Source: an uncultured Verrucomicrobiae bacterium
Lineage (GTDB): Bacteria > Verrucomicrobiota > Verrucomicrobiia > Chthoniobacterales > JAFAMB01
NCBI GenBank assembly: GCA_963762565.1
Contig: CAVXLD010000004.1
Span: 64,001-128,000, forward strand
Length of the DNA stretch: 64,000 nt
Direction of reading: 5' to 3'
Positions within the stretch are counted from its first letter, which is position 1. Each line of letters starts with the position of its first letter. The notes beneath the pieces were generated by a model. It had not been told where the DNA came from. It worked only from the letters and a program-made list of their open reading frames with translations, and did no database searches. Below, in pieces: positions 10,241 through 19,787 of the stretch. The position numbers were made by a program, and so were the translations under genes.

Positions 10241-11095
10241 TCAGGCTACCGCCTCGCGCCACACTTGGTTCAGTAACGATCTGAGCCGAACCGCTTCTTC
10301 CCAACTGTTTGGCAGCTGTTCAAAGTTGTATCCTCCCTTAACCGGTCCCATCTCCGGCACCGCTATCATTGTTCGATCCTCACCCTTGTCCGAGCCCAAC
10401 CAGGCAGCCATCGTTGCCCGAACAAAAGGTAGCCATTCCATCAGTTCTTTGGTCAAACTCCCGTCCCCACGAGTTACCGGCACCTGACAATGATGCCCGT
10501 TGAATGGCCGAAAATGAAATTGCGTTGATCTGCGGATCAAATCCGGCCGGACCAGAAGACGTTCGATGTAACTCTCCGGACTCAAATGTTTCACCACCGA
10601 CAGATGAGAAAAATCCCAGGTCATCGGCAGCAGTCTCCCAGTTTTCCGGAAATAACCGTCGGCCAAGGCATAAGTTTTTTCCGGGGTCTCGGTGCAGGTA
10701 TCCCGGTGCACCTCAACGGCGGGTTCTATCTCGCCGATCCGGTCGGCTTTTTCCATCAACTGGAGGGTTAGACGCAAAGCCTCGTCTGCTGCAGTATCAT
10801 GGTCGGCAAGCTGGACATTGATATGCCGTGCACCGGCATCCTTTTGACTTTTTAGTAAGTCCGAAAACTTAGTCTCATCGCCCGACGCAAAATAGCCGAC
10901 AACTAGTAGCTGCCGCTTTTCCGCCTCTTGCGCATGCTTCGGTCCGAGCTGAGCCGTGAAACCATCGAAGCCGGCAGCTTTAACGGCATCGAGTCGCTCT
11001 TCCAACGACCAAGGCTTGGCCGCCGACGGATAATCGGTCAGCGACCACAAGTTGGCCACGTGATGGAGTTTCGGGGGCATCGTTTTTGGGTTCAT
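10241..11095 (-). CDS. Xylose-isomerase-like TIM barrel protein
   Basis: VKAAGFDG, EVHRD, DFSH, HFR, PEMGP motifs. Confidence 0.7.
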   Translation of the reverse strand: MNPKTMPPKLHHVANLWSLTDYPSAAKPWSLEERLDAVKAAGFDGFTAQLGPKHAQEAEKRQLLVVGYFASGDETKFSDLLKSQKDAGARHINVQLADHDTAADEALRLTLQLMEKADRIGEIEPAVEVHRDTCTETPEKTYALADGYFRKTGRLLPMTWDFSHLSVVKHLSPESYIERLLVRPDLIRRSTQFHFRPFNGHHCQVPVTRGDGSLTKELMEWLPFVRATMAAWLGSDKGEDRTMIAVPEMGPVKGGYNFEQLPNSWEEAVRLRSLLNQVWREAVA

Positions 11096-11293
11096 CCGAT
11101 TTTTTTAAGGATAGTCAAGGGGGCAGAGGCAGGAGCTAGGAGGGGGCATGCGCTGGGCTTTGCGAACGGATAGGACCTATAGGACTGATGGGACTTATAG
11201 GGTCCGAATCATATAAGTCCTATTTTGTCGCAGGGCCCACCGCGGTCACACATCGCCCACCGCCATACGCCGGAACGCTCACCCCACCCCAAC

Positions 11294-11356
11294 GCGCAAC
11301 AAAAAGGTTGCGCATCCCCAAATCCCGCTTACCCTAAAAAGCAACTAAATAGTTGC
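11294..11356 (+). promoter_or_regulatory. Two GCAAC-N6-GTTGC palindromes, probable operators of the adjacent ArsR regulator
   Basis: GCGCAAC-aaaaag-GTTGCGC (11294-11313) and GCAAC-taaata-GTTGC (11341-11356), immediately before ATG 11359. Confidence 0.65.
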
Positions 11357-11358
11357 AT

Positions 11359-11811
11359 ATGTCTAACCGCATCGAAAAACAAATCGAACTCAACGCCCCG
11401 ATTTCCAGGGTTTGGCGGGCGCTGACTGACTACCGTGAATTTGGGGAATGGTTTCAGGTTAAATTGGAAGGGCCGTTCGTACCGGGCAAGACCTCTCGTG
11501 GCCATATCACTTATCCCGGCTATGAACATCTAAAATGGGAAGCCGTCGTACAAAAACTGGAACCTGAACGGCTTTTCTCGTTCACCTGGCATCCGTACGC
11601 TGTCGACCCTGACGCCGATTACTCCAAGGAGCCGTCAACCTTGGTCGAGTTCAGACTCGAGCCAAAAGATAACGGCACCGTGTTATATCTGACAGAATCC
11701 GGATTTGACGCGCTACCTAAGGACCGCCAATTCGAAGCCTTCAGGATGAACGAAGACGGTTGGACGGAGCAGATGAGCAATATCGAGAGTCATCTGAAGC
11801 AAAGGCCCTAA
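11359..11811 (+). CDS. SRPBCC / AHSA1-domain protein
   Basis: IELNAPISRVWRALTD, EPERLFSFTW, TLVEFRL, ESGF...GW. Confidence 0.9.
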   Translation: MSNRIEKQIELNAPISRVWRALTDYREFGEWFQVKLEGPFVPGKTSRGHITYPGYEHLKWEAVVQKLEPERLFSFTWHPYAVDPDADYSKEPSTLVEFRLEPKDNGTVLYLTESGFDALPKDRQFEAFRMNEDGWTEQMSNIESHLKQRP

Positions 11812-11824
11812 GACGCCGCTAACT

Positions 11825-12166
11825 ATGAGTCGAAACATTAACCGCCGGGGCGGGCTTAAGATCCGAGCAGCAGCTTTTGCGGCATTAGGTGCGGAAGCCC
11901 GGTTGGTTTTGATTGAAAAACTGTCGACCGGAGCGCCACAGTCCATCTCTCGGCTTGCCGACGGATCGACACTGACCCGGCAGGCTATCACGAAACATCT
12001 TCGGGTGCTGGAAGAGGCTGGCGTGGTTAAGAGTATTCGCGTCGGACGGGAAAGTCTCTTCGAGTTCAGGTCAGAACCGCTGAAGGAGCTTCAGTCTTAT
12101 TTGGAGTGCGTCTCGAAACAATGGGACGATGTCCTGGCAAGACTAAAACGATTCGTGGAAAGCTAA
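11825..12166 (+). CDS. ArsR/SmtB family regulator
   Basis: FAALG...R...LTRQAITKHLRVLEEAGVV...GRE. Confidence 0.9.
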   Translation: MSRNINRRGGLKIRAAAFAALGAEARLVLIEKLSTGAPQSISRLADGSTLTRQAITKHLRVLEEAGVVKSIRVGRESLFEFRSEPLKELQSYLECVSKQWDDVLARLKRFVES

Positions 12167-12474
12167 GCGTGCACAAGCCGCCCAGCGCCTGGAGGGGAGC
12201 CGCTTTGGCACGCGCCGGGCCGACCTTCCAAGTTCGCCTCAATATGATCCCGGCCTATGCGCAGAAAAGCAGGCGGCTCCCGGGAACTGACCCAGCGCCT
12301 GGGCAGCTCTATCGCTGGTGTCCACGCCCCCTACCACGGATTGAACCACAGCCTAATGCAACATCCTGGGTTATTCGCGGGAGCCGCCTGTTGCCACATC
12401 TCTCAGCCGGATTGTGCCCCGAAACGAAATGTCACGAGCTCGCGGGATACAGGCCAAAGCGGCTCCCCTCCAAG

Positions 12475-13287
12475 CTATTCGCGAAGCGCTGGTAATCCCC
12501 AACGCAGCTTGAGCTCCTCATATTCGCTAATAGGGAGCTGCACGATCAGCGGCCCCTTCTTTGGGTCGAGCCAGCGCAATAGACGAAATAGATGGTCATA
12601 ATCGGTAGCAGTGCATCCGGTGGTACCCGGATAACGCGGGTCCCATACATGAAGGAAGATGCAGGATCCAAATCCAGGAATCGCCGTGGGATTGTGCTCG
12701 ATCACTACGCCGAGGCGGTAACGCCCTCCGACCTGAAGCATCGATTCTGAACTCGTCCAATCCGGATGCTGAATTTTGGATCGATCCACGATCTGATTGT
12801 AGAATTTTGATTTTGGATCATCGACCGCTTCTGTGGATGCAGTGACCACGCGATAGGGTAACCGGAGAAATCGCACTTGCTCCGGAGTAGCGATCCCGAA
12901 CACGGGGCCGAACCGAAAGACCCCCGCCGGTGCTTTCAAATCCCCTTCCCGCTTTTGCGGTCCACCTGGTTCACCGTGGCCATGGAGACCGACGCCCCAA
13001 GCCAATCCATGCTGGCCGATTACCGCAGGGAAAGGCCGGCCATAAGGCCGCCAACGGTAGCCATCGCCAGTACTCCGCTCGTACAGCCGAATAGTAGCGT
13101 TTACGTCATCCCAACTCTTCGTCGTAACCGTTACCAGTTGCTCACAGGAAGCCAGTTCCCGGATAGCCTCCCTTAAATTTGGCGGTGAACCGGTGGCACT
13201 CCAGGGACACAACCAGAGCAAGCCCAAGATCCAACCGCAGATGGACGCAGATTTACGCAGATAGTATCGTCTTTGGTTACAGCTCAT
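12475..13287 (-). CDS. L,D-transpeptidase (YkuD-like) family protein, secreted
   Basis: KREGDLKAPAG, GSCIFLHVW...TTGC catalytic His/Cys motif; hydrophobic N-terminal signal. Confidence 0.85.
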   Translation of the reverse strand: MSCNQRRYYLRKSASICGWILGLLWLCPWSATGSPPNLREAIRELASCEQLVTVTTKSWDDVNATIRLYERSTGDGYRWRPYGRPFPAVIGQHGLAWGVGLHGHGEPGGPQKREGDLKAPAGVFRFGPVFGIATPEQVRFLRLPYRVVTASTEAVDDPKSKFYNQIVDRSKIQHPDWTSSESMLQVGGRYRLGVVIEHNPTAIPGFGSCIFLHVWDPRYPGTTGCTATDYDHLFRLLRWLDPKKGPLIVQLPISEYEELKLRWGLPALRE

Positions 13288-13407
13288 TCATCAGCTGCCC
13301 GCTGCAGATTTATATAGGGCTTTATTTCTTTTGGGGGAAATTCCGTAAGCAAGCTTGCCGAAGTTCGATGTCGGCAAGCCTCTTGCATCGTGCTTTAAGA
13401 TATTTCC

Positions 13408-14403
13408 ATGGATTTCGTAGCCCTTGGCAACAGTGGACTCAAAGTCTCTCGGCTCTGCTTAGGCTGTATGAGTTACGGCAGTTCAAAAGCGCGGCCCTGG
13501 ATTCTTGATGAAGAAGCTGCCTTCCCCTTTTACCGTCAAGCAATCGATGCCGGCATCAACTTCTTTGACACCGCCGACTTATATTCCCAGGGCAAGAGTG
13601 AAGAGGTCCTCGGTCAGGCGTTGAAAAAGTTCGGCATACGCCGGGAAGAGGTCGTCATTGCGACGAAAGTGTTTTATCCAACGGGTACGACTCCCAACGA
13701 GCAAGGTACCTCCAAGAAACACGTCCGGCATGCGATCGACGCCAGCCTGAAACGTCTTGGTGTCGATTACGTCGATCTTTATCAAATCCATCGCTACGAC
13801 CCATCAACCCCGATGGAAGAAACATTGGAAGGGCTCTCCGATGTGATTAAGCGGGGAAAAGCATTATACATCGGCGCCTCCAGCATGTACGCCTGGGAAT
13901 TCGCCAAATTTCTATCTGCGGCTGACGCTAACAGTCTCCCCCGATTTATCTCGATGCAAAATCATTACAACCTGGTTTACCGCGAAGAGGAACGGGAAAT
14001 GATTCCGCTTTGCCGGGAAGAGAAAATCGGGGTTATCCCGTGGAGCCCATTAGCTCGCGGTTTCCTCGCCGGAAACCGCCCGCGTTCTGAAGAAGCCAAA
14101 CCTGGCGAAGGTGAAACCACACGGGGAAAAACTGACGCCACAGCACAGCGCTTCTATTACCAGGAAAGCCACTATCAGGTAGTCGATCGAGTCACGGATC
14201 TAGCCAAGAGACGGAGTGTTAGCAATGCCCAGGTTGCGTTGGCTTGGATGCTGCATAAGCCGGGCATCACTTCTCCTATTATCGGAGCCACTAAACGGCA
14301 CCATCTGGAAGAAGCAGTCAAAGCACTCGACGTCCACCTAAGCGAAGACGAGATCAACTATTTGGAGGCCCCCTATCAACCGCATCCGGTGCTGGGAATG
14401 TAA
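13408..14403 (+). CDS. Aldo/keto reductase, close paralogue of 5846..6829
   Basis: Same AKR motifs with long identical peptide stretches. Confidence 0.95.
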   Translation: MDFVALGNSGLKVSRLCLGCMSYGSSKARPWILDEEAAFPFYRQAIDAGINFFDTADLYSQGKSEEVLGQALKKFGIRREEVVIATKVFYPTGTTPNEQGTSKKHVRHAIDASLKRLGVDYVDLYQIHRYDPSTPMEETLEGLSDVIKRGKALYIGASSMYAWEFAKFLSAADANSLPRFISMQNHYNLVYREEEREMIPLCREEKIGVIPWSPLARGFLAGNRPRSEEAKPGEGETTRGKTDATAQRFYYQESHYQVVDRVTDLAKRRSVSNAQVALAWMLHKPGITSPIIGATKRHHLEEAVKALDVHLSEDEINYLEAPYQPHPVLGM

Positions 14404-14438
14404 AGGAATCCCTACCCCAGCGCGATCCACCCCGAGAC

Positions 14439-14530
14439 CGGAGGGGCGTTGCATTCCGCGCTGTAGTTCTATCGCTCGTCGGCACCTACTAAACATATCA
14501 GCCTCCACGCTCGGATAGACGCGACGCCCC
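14439..14530. repeat. RAYT-flanking REP, left copy (family E)
   Basis: Collinear inverted copy of 15101-15190. Confidence 0.85.
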
Positions 14531-14539
14531 GGGAAAGCA

Positions 14540-15000
14540 TCACCACGACAGACGGACCATTTCTCCCTGGAACGGCCAATCATCCGGATGATCAACCAAG
14601 CCATGGCGTACCGGGTTCCACCGAACATAAATCCATTTGGACTCATAGGCGGCTGAACCAAGAAGTTGTCGGTCCAAAAACTTCGTTGCCAGATTGGCCG
14701 GTCCGCGTATCGCAACCACCGTCGAGTCACATAGCCTTTCCATTTGGCGACCCAATCGGGCAAAGAAACAAAGGAACTATCGTTTTCTCCGACAAACAGA
14801 TGAATATGCTCCGGCATGATAACGTAGCGACCAACCGGATAGTCATCATGAAAATGCCAGGCGTCTCGTAAGAGAGAGTGCATTTCGTCGCAGGCGAGGA
14901 TTTGTTTTCGGTTCTTCGTGCAGATTGTTAGGAGCAAGATGATCGCTTCGCGTTCCAGCGAAAGAAGATGAGGAGGGTGCTGTCTCGGGCGAGATATCAT
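14540..15000 (-). pseudogene. REP-associated tyrosine (HUH/Y1) transposase, RAYT-like, with a 1-nt frameshift near 14675
   Basis: LTICTKNR, YVIMPEHIHL (HUH) and WQRSFW in one frame; DRQL...YVRWNPVRHGLV..PDDWPF in the adjacent frame (TTTTGGACCGA needs one extra base). Confidence 0.85.
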
Positions 15001-15100
15001 AACTCCATATTATCAGGTTATGATAGTCTGACACTGTTTTTTCAGGTGCAAAAGATGGCGAACGTATCTCCTCCATCAACGCTTGGCGGGGTGGTTACCA

Positions 15101-15190
15101 GGGCGTCGCGTCTATCCAAACGTGCGAGCAGCAACGTTTACGGGCGTCGATAAACGTCAGAACTACAACGCGAAATGCAACGCCCCTCCG
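15101..15190. repeat. RAYT-flanking REP, right copy (family E)
   Basis: Reverse complement matches 14439-14530 over about 90 bp. Confidence 0.85.
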
Positions 15191-15271
15191 ATTGGGTATG
15201 ACAGCGCGCTCGTCGCTAATTCACCGCTCGATGTTTTGCCCGGTGCAAACTTCTCATTAATCAGCTTTCAT

Positions 15272-16249
15272 CTAAATTTCCCCAAGGCGAATACAAGCCG
15301 CAAACCGGTCCCCCTCTTTCTTGGCTAATTCCGGAACTTTGAGCTTACACGCCTCGATCGCGAAAGGACAACGCGGATGGAAACTGCAACCAGCCGGAGG
15401 ATTCAACGGAGAAGGCGGGTCGCCCTGCAAAATAATGCGCTGACGATGCCGCTCTAGTTGCGGGTTTGGAATTGGAACGGCGCTAACCAATGCCCGCGTA
15501 TACGGATGCAACGGGCGATCGACCACTTCACTGGCGGGCCCGACCTCAACCAGCTTACCCAGGTACATCACGGCGATCCGGTCAGAGATATATTTCACCA
15601 CCGAAATGTCATGGGAGATGAAGATCATGGTGAGCTCCATCTCACGGCATAGTTTCAAGATCAGATTCAAAATCTGGGATTGAATCGATACGTCGAGGGC
15701 TGACACCGGCTCGTCTGCAATCACCAGTTTCGGTTTTGGAGCTAAGGCGCGAGCGATGGCGATTCGTTGGCGTTGGCCTCCGGAGAACTCGTGCGGATAT
15801 CGAAGCATTTGATTTCCCGGTAAGCCGACCATTCCCATCAGCTCAGTCACCTTCGCTACCATCTCTTTGCGCCGATATTTGTTTCGCGTCCGGATCGCCT
15901 CCGACAAAGTATCGAATACTGTCATCCGAGGATTGAGAGACGCGTAAGGATCCTGAAAGATCATTTGAAAATCGACCCTGGCGGCGCGAACAGCGCGGAA
16001 ACTGAGGTGGGAGAGGCTCTTACCCTCTAGAAACACTTCGCCGTCGGTGCTGCGGAGAAGTTGCATAATCGTCCGTGCGAGCGTGGACTTGCCGCATCCG
16101 GATTCGCCAACCAATCCGAGAATTTCACCTTTTCGCAGCATGACGGTGACTCCGTCCACCGCTTTGACCGATCCGATTCGCCGCCGGGCAACGAGTCCCC
16201 GATAGATCGGAAAGTGAGTCTTCAGGTCTTGGAGATACAGGAACACCAT
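15272..16249 (-). CDS. oppF: Oligopeptide ABC transporter ATPase (OppF-like)
   Basis: GESGCGKST, FSGGQRQR, ADEP, HPYT, CSFHPRC; ATG overlaps the upstream stop (TAATG). Confidence 0.9.
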   Translation of the reverse strand: MVFLYLQDLKTHFPIYRGLVARRRIGSVKAVDGVTVMLRKGEILGLVGESGCGKSTLARTIMQLLRSTDGEVFLEGKSLSHLSFRAVRAARVDFQMIFQDPYASLNPRMTVFDTLSEAIRTRNKYRRKEMVAKVTELMGMVGLPGNQMLRYPHEFSGGQRQRIAIARALAPKPKLVIADEPVSALDVSIQSQILNLILKLCREMELTMIFISHDISVVKYISDRIAVMYLGKLVEVGPASEVVDRPLHPYTRALVSAVPIPNPQLERHRQRIILQGDPPSPLNPPAGCSFHPRCPFAIEACKLKVPELAKKEGDRFAACIRLGEI

Positions 16250-17259
16250 TATACGGCGGCTAGAACAGGCTTTAATCGCAGGTCGGTAACCTCGCCTCGG
16301 AGCACGCGAGAACATGAAGTGCTGTGACCCGGGGTCGGCTCTTCGAGAATAGTCGCAGTGTTCCGGCAAAGATCGGCTGCAAAGGGACAACGCGGAGCAA
16401 ACGCACATCCGGGCAGAACCCGGCTGAGATCTGGCGGAGCGCCCGGTATAGTAAATAGTGTTTCGCCTTTACGGTGCAGAGCCGGGATCGATTGTTGCAG
16501 AGCCGCGTTATAAGGGTGTAAAGGCATCCCAAAAATATCCTCAGTAAATCCCGATTCGGCCACTCGCCCGGCATACATAACATTTACTCGACGACAGAAC
16601 GAGGCCACCACCCCGAGATCATGAGTAACGAAGATTACTGCTGTTCCCAGGTCTTTCTGCCGTAGCCGGATCAGCTCAAGAATTTGCGCCTGAACCGTCA
16701 CATCGAGCGCTGTCGTAGGCTCGTCTGCAATTAGAATTTCGGGGCGGTTAATCAGGGCCATGGCGATCATGACCCGCTGCCGCATTCCTCCAGAGAATTG
16801 ATGCGGATAAAGATGAACTCTTCTGGCCGCGTCCTGAATCCCAACCTCTTCCAAACTGGTAATTGCCTTCTTCAATGCCTGCCGCCGGCTGATCTTTTCA
16901 TGAACTAACAGCGGTTCCATCAGCTGATCGGACACCCGAAGATAGGGATTTAACGAGGTCATCGGGTCCTGGAAAATCATCGAGATCCGTTTGCCGCGGA
17001 TCCGTCGAAGATCGCTACCGCGACAGTCTAGCAGATCGATTCCGGCAAACCTGGCAGTACCAGATTCGATGCGGCCCGGCGGCTGCGGGATCAGTCCAAG
17101 AATCGAATAACAAGTAACCGATTTGCCGGAGCCGGATTCTCCGACAATCCCTAGTGTCTCACCTTCATCAACAGAGAACGAAACTCCATCGACAGCCCGG
17201 ACCACACCGGCTCGGGTGTAAAACGAAGTCCGCAAATTTTCTACCTCAAGCAAAGGCAT
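16249..17259 (-). CDS. oppD: Oligopeptide ABC transporter ATPase (OppD-like)
   Basis: [32 protein letters not shown]. Confidence 0.92.
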   Translation of the reverse strand: MPLLEVENLRTSFYTRAGVVRAVDGVSFSVDEGETLGIVGESGSGKSVTCYSILGLIPQPPGRIESGTARFAGIDLLDCRGSDLRRIRGKRISMIFQDPMTSLNPYLRVSDQLMEPLLVHEKISRRQALKKAITSLEEVGIQDAARRVHLYPHQFSGGMRQRVMIAMALINRPEILIADEPTTALDVTVQAQILELIRLRQKDLGTAVIFVTHDLGVVASFCRRVNVMYAGRVAESGFTEDIFGMPLHPYNAALQQSIPALHRKGETLFTIPGAPPDLSRVLPGCAFAPRCPFAADLCRNTATILEEPTPGHSTSCSRVLRGEVTDLRLKPVLAAV

Positions 17260-17264
17260 AGAAA

Positions 17265-17485
17265 TTCACCACAGAAACACGGAGAAAAAACGGAACCGCA
17301 GATGGACGCAGATTTACGCAGATAAAGTGCAGTTTCTCCGCTTGGCTCATAGATTTTTAGATCGTTCCAGGCGAATAGCTAGATCGTTCGAACATTATGT
17401 TTCCGTTACTGATAAAAATAAAATGACGCAACCAGGAAACTCGGGGTTCGGTTTTTCTCCGCGTCCTCTGTGTCTCTGTGGTGAA
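17265..17485. repeat. Inverted nonamer repeat element (CACCACAGA../..TCTGTGGTGAA) with nested CGCAGAT array
   Basis: ttcaccacagaaacacggagaaaa vs ttttctccgcgtcctctgtgtctctgtggtgaa; inner aaccgcagatggacgcagatttacgcagata is identical to 13233-13263. Confidence 0.75.
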
Positions 17486-17500
17486 ATTCATCATTCGCGG

Positions 17501-18580
17501 TTAGTCTTTGGCTGATTTGGGATCGAGAGCATCTCGCAGGCCGTCACCCAGGAAATTCAGCGAAAAGAGGGTTAAAGAAAAGAAAGCGGCAGGGATCCAT
17601 AGCAGCCATGGACTGGTCTCGATGGCGCTGGCGCCCTCGTTGATCAGGACACCCCAGGAACTCATCGGCGGTGGAACACCAAGACCCAGAAAACTTAGCA
17701 CCGCCTCCAGTAACATCACGTTCGGAACTGTTAAGGTGGCATAAATGATGATCGAACTGGCGACGTTTGGAATCAGATGGCGAAAGAGAATCCTCGGTCC
17801 GCTGAGACCCAAAGAAACGGCGGCTTCAACGAACTCCTGATGTTTGAGCGAAATTATCTGGCCGCGAACGATCCGCGCCATGGTCAGCCATTCTACAGCG
17901 CCGATGGCGACAAACAGTAGAATGAAATTGCGACCAAACATCACCATTAGAAGAATGACGATGACGGTGAATGGTAGAGCGTAAAAGATGTCAACGATCC
18001 GCATCATCAGGTTGTCGATTTTGCCGCCAACGAAGCCGGCAGTGGCGCCCCAAATGACACCAATTAGAACGGAAACGAGCGTGGCCGCGAACCCCACTGC
18101 CAACGAGATCCGGCCACCGATCAGCACCCGGGTTAGTAGATCGCGGCCCAACGAATCGGTGCCGAACAAATGCCGTTGCTGCGATGGTTTGTATCGGACG
18201 TTTCCAGCTGTATATTGTTCCCCGCTGGCCAGCTTTTCCGCGATGGCCTTTCGGTCTGCTCGCGGTAAGTCCACAAATTCGTCCTCGATGTTACTCAAGG
18301 CGAGGTTGTCCTGCTTCAGTGCGCCATTCTTTAAGGTTTCGATCCGCGAGATAATCTTATCTAGCGGCGGGCTGACCTTTAGGGGTAGATCCGTATCTTC
18401 GTACCGGTAACCGGTGAAGAAAGGGCCGAGCAAACAGATGCCGGTCATGAACAGGAAAAAACCGAGACCGAACAACGCTAAGTGATTCTTCTTTAAACGG
18501 AACCACGCGTCGCTCCAGAGCGAAGAGCCATGAACCAGCTCGATCTCCGGCTGCGCAGTGGTGGTTAGTGCGATAGACAT
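17501..18580 (-). CDS. oppC: Oligopeptide ABC permease (OppC-like)
   Basis: HLFGTDSLGRD, EFVEAA..LG (EAA loop), RHLIPN, GDGLRDALDP. Confidence 0.92.
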   Translation of the reverse strand: MSIALTTTAQPEIELVHGSSLWSDAWFRLKKNHLALFGLGFFLFMTGICLLGPFFTGYRYEDTDLPLKVSPPLDKIISRIETLKNGALKQDNLALSNIEDEFVDLPRADRKAIAEKLASGEQYTAGNVRYKPSQQRHLFGTDSLGRDLLTRVLIGGRISLAVGFAATLVSVLIGVIWGATAGFVGGKIDNLMMRIVDIFYALPFTVIVILLMVMFGRNFILLFVAIGAVEWLTMARIVRGQIISLKHQEFVEAAVSLGLSGPRILFRHLIPNVASSIIIYATLTVPNVMLLEAVLSFLGLGVPPPMSSWGVLINEGASAIETSPWLLWIPAAFFSLTLFSLNFLGDGLRDALDPKSAKD

Positions 18581-18589
18581 TCTGTCGTT

Positions 18590-19519
18590 TTAACGGCGAG
18601 CGCGAGGGTCCATGGCCAATTGCAGCACGTCCGAGACCAAATTGAAGAAAACGATCAATGCCCCGTAGAAAACCACGGTGCCAAAAATCAAAGGATAATC
18701 GCGATTAAAAACCGATTTGATAAATTCCTGACCTAACCCCGGGACATTGAAAACTTTTTCGACGACAAAGGAGCCGGTAATCAGTCCGGCAAAAGCCGGT
18801 CCCAGAAAAGAGACCACCGGCATAAGCCCCCCTCTCATGGTATGTTTGAAAATGATTTGGTAGGTGGGAACGCCTTTTGCCCGAGCCGTTCGGATGAAGT
18901 CCTGATTAAGAATGTCGAGCATCCCCCCACGGGTCAGCCTGGCAATGTAAGCAGCGTAGAACAACCCGAGCGTAACCGCCGGCAGCACCAGGGGAGGGAG
19001 CGGCGTATAATCCAAACCATACCAGCCGCTGACGGGCGCCAGGTTTAGATTCAAGCCGAAAAACAGAGCCAGGATCGGCCCCATCACAAAAGTAGGAACG
19101 CAAATCCCGGCCATAGCCAACGTCATTGGCAAATAATCAAGCCATTTGTTCTTATTCATCGCCGCGATGGTCCCAGCGGTGATCCCGATAACGAGCGCGA
19201 TACCCAATGCCAGGGTCCCGATTTGCAGTGAAATCGGAAATGCTCGGGCGATCACCTCGTTGACCGTCTCCGTCTGATAGCTGTAAGAAGGGCCGAAATC
19301 CAAGCGCACGACTTTCTGAATATAACCGAGGTATTGCTGCCAGAGCGGTTTATCCAGACCGTAATACTCGTTAAGCCTTTGGATAACCTCGGGAGTCGCT
19401 TGGCGCTCTGCGCTGAACGGGCCACCCGGAGCCGCTTTTGATAGGAAGAAAGTCAGCGTCAGCAGGATCCAAAGCACCGGAATCAACTGCAACAAACGCC
19501 CGATGATAATTTTGATCAT
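18590..19519 (-). CDS. oppB: Oligopeptide ABC permease (OppB-like)
   Basis: APGGPF, YGLDKPL, DFIRTARAKG, VEKVFNVPGLG, RDYP. Confidence 0.92.
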   Translation of the reverse strand: MIKIIIGRLLQLIPVLWILLTLTFFLSKAAPGGPFSAERQATPEVIQRLNEYYGLDKPLWQQYLGYIQKVVRLDFGPSYSYQTETVNEVIARAFPISLQIGTLALGIALVIGITAGTIAAMNKNKWLDYLPMTLAMAGICVPTFVMGPILALFFGLNLNLAPVSGWYGLDYTPLPPLVLPAVTLGLFYAAYIARLTRGGMLDILNQDFIRTARAKGVPTYQIIFKHTMRGGLMPVVSFLGPAFAGLITGSFVVEKVFNVPGLGQEFIKSVFNRDYPLIFGTVVFYGALIVFFNLVSDVLQLAMDPRARR

Positions 19520-19532
19520 GTGGCAGGAACCT

Positions 19533-19772
19533 GGGAGGGCGCGCAGCTTGTCCGACGTAGCCTCTGGTCTTTTGCTTGTTCGCGGCTCTGGTGGGCGAAG
19601 TCGGATCCTCGCGCGCTGTGTTCGGGTCTGCAACTCCTGCCCTCAGCAAACCCTGACCAGCGGAACACGCGCGGCTTCGAAAAGAACGGATCGCGAGGAT
19701 CCGACGTCGCCAATCCTGGGGAAGAGCAAGCCAGCAACAGACGGCTATGTCGGACAGGCAGCGATCCCTCCC
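19533..19772. repeat. REPIN family B, both arms carrying a TCCGAC...GTCGGA insert
   Basis: GGGAGGGCGCGC ... GCGATCCCTCCC termini. Confidence 0.8.
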
Positions 19773-19787
19773 AATGTTCCCCCTTAA

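Noticed and set aside
19520..19633. N-terminal extension of oppB through the REPIN
   Set aside because: An ATG at 19519 gives a normal OppB N-terminus, unlike the oppA case.
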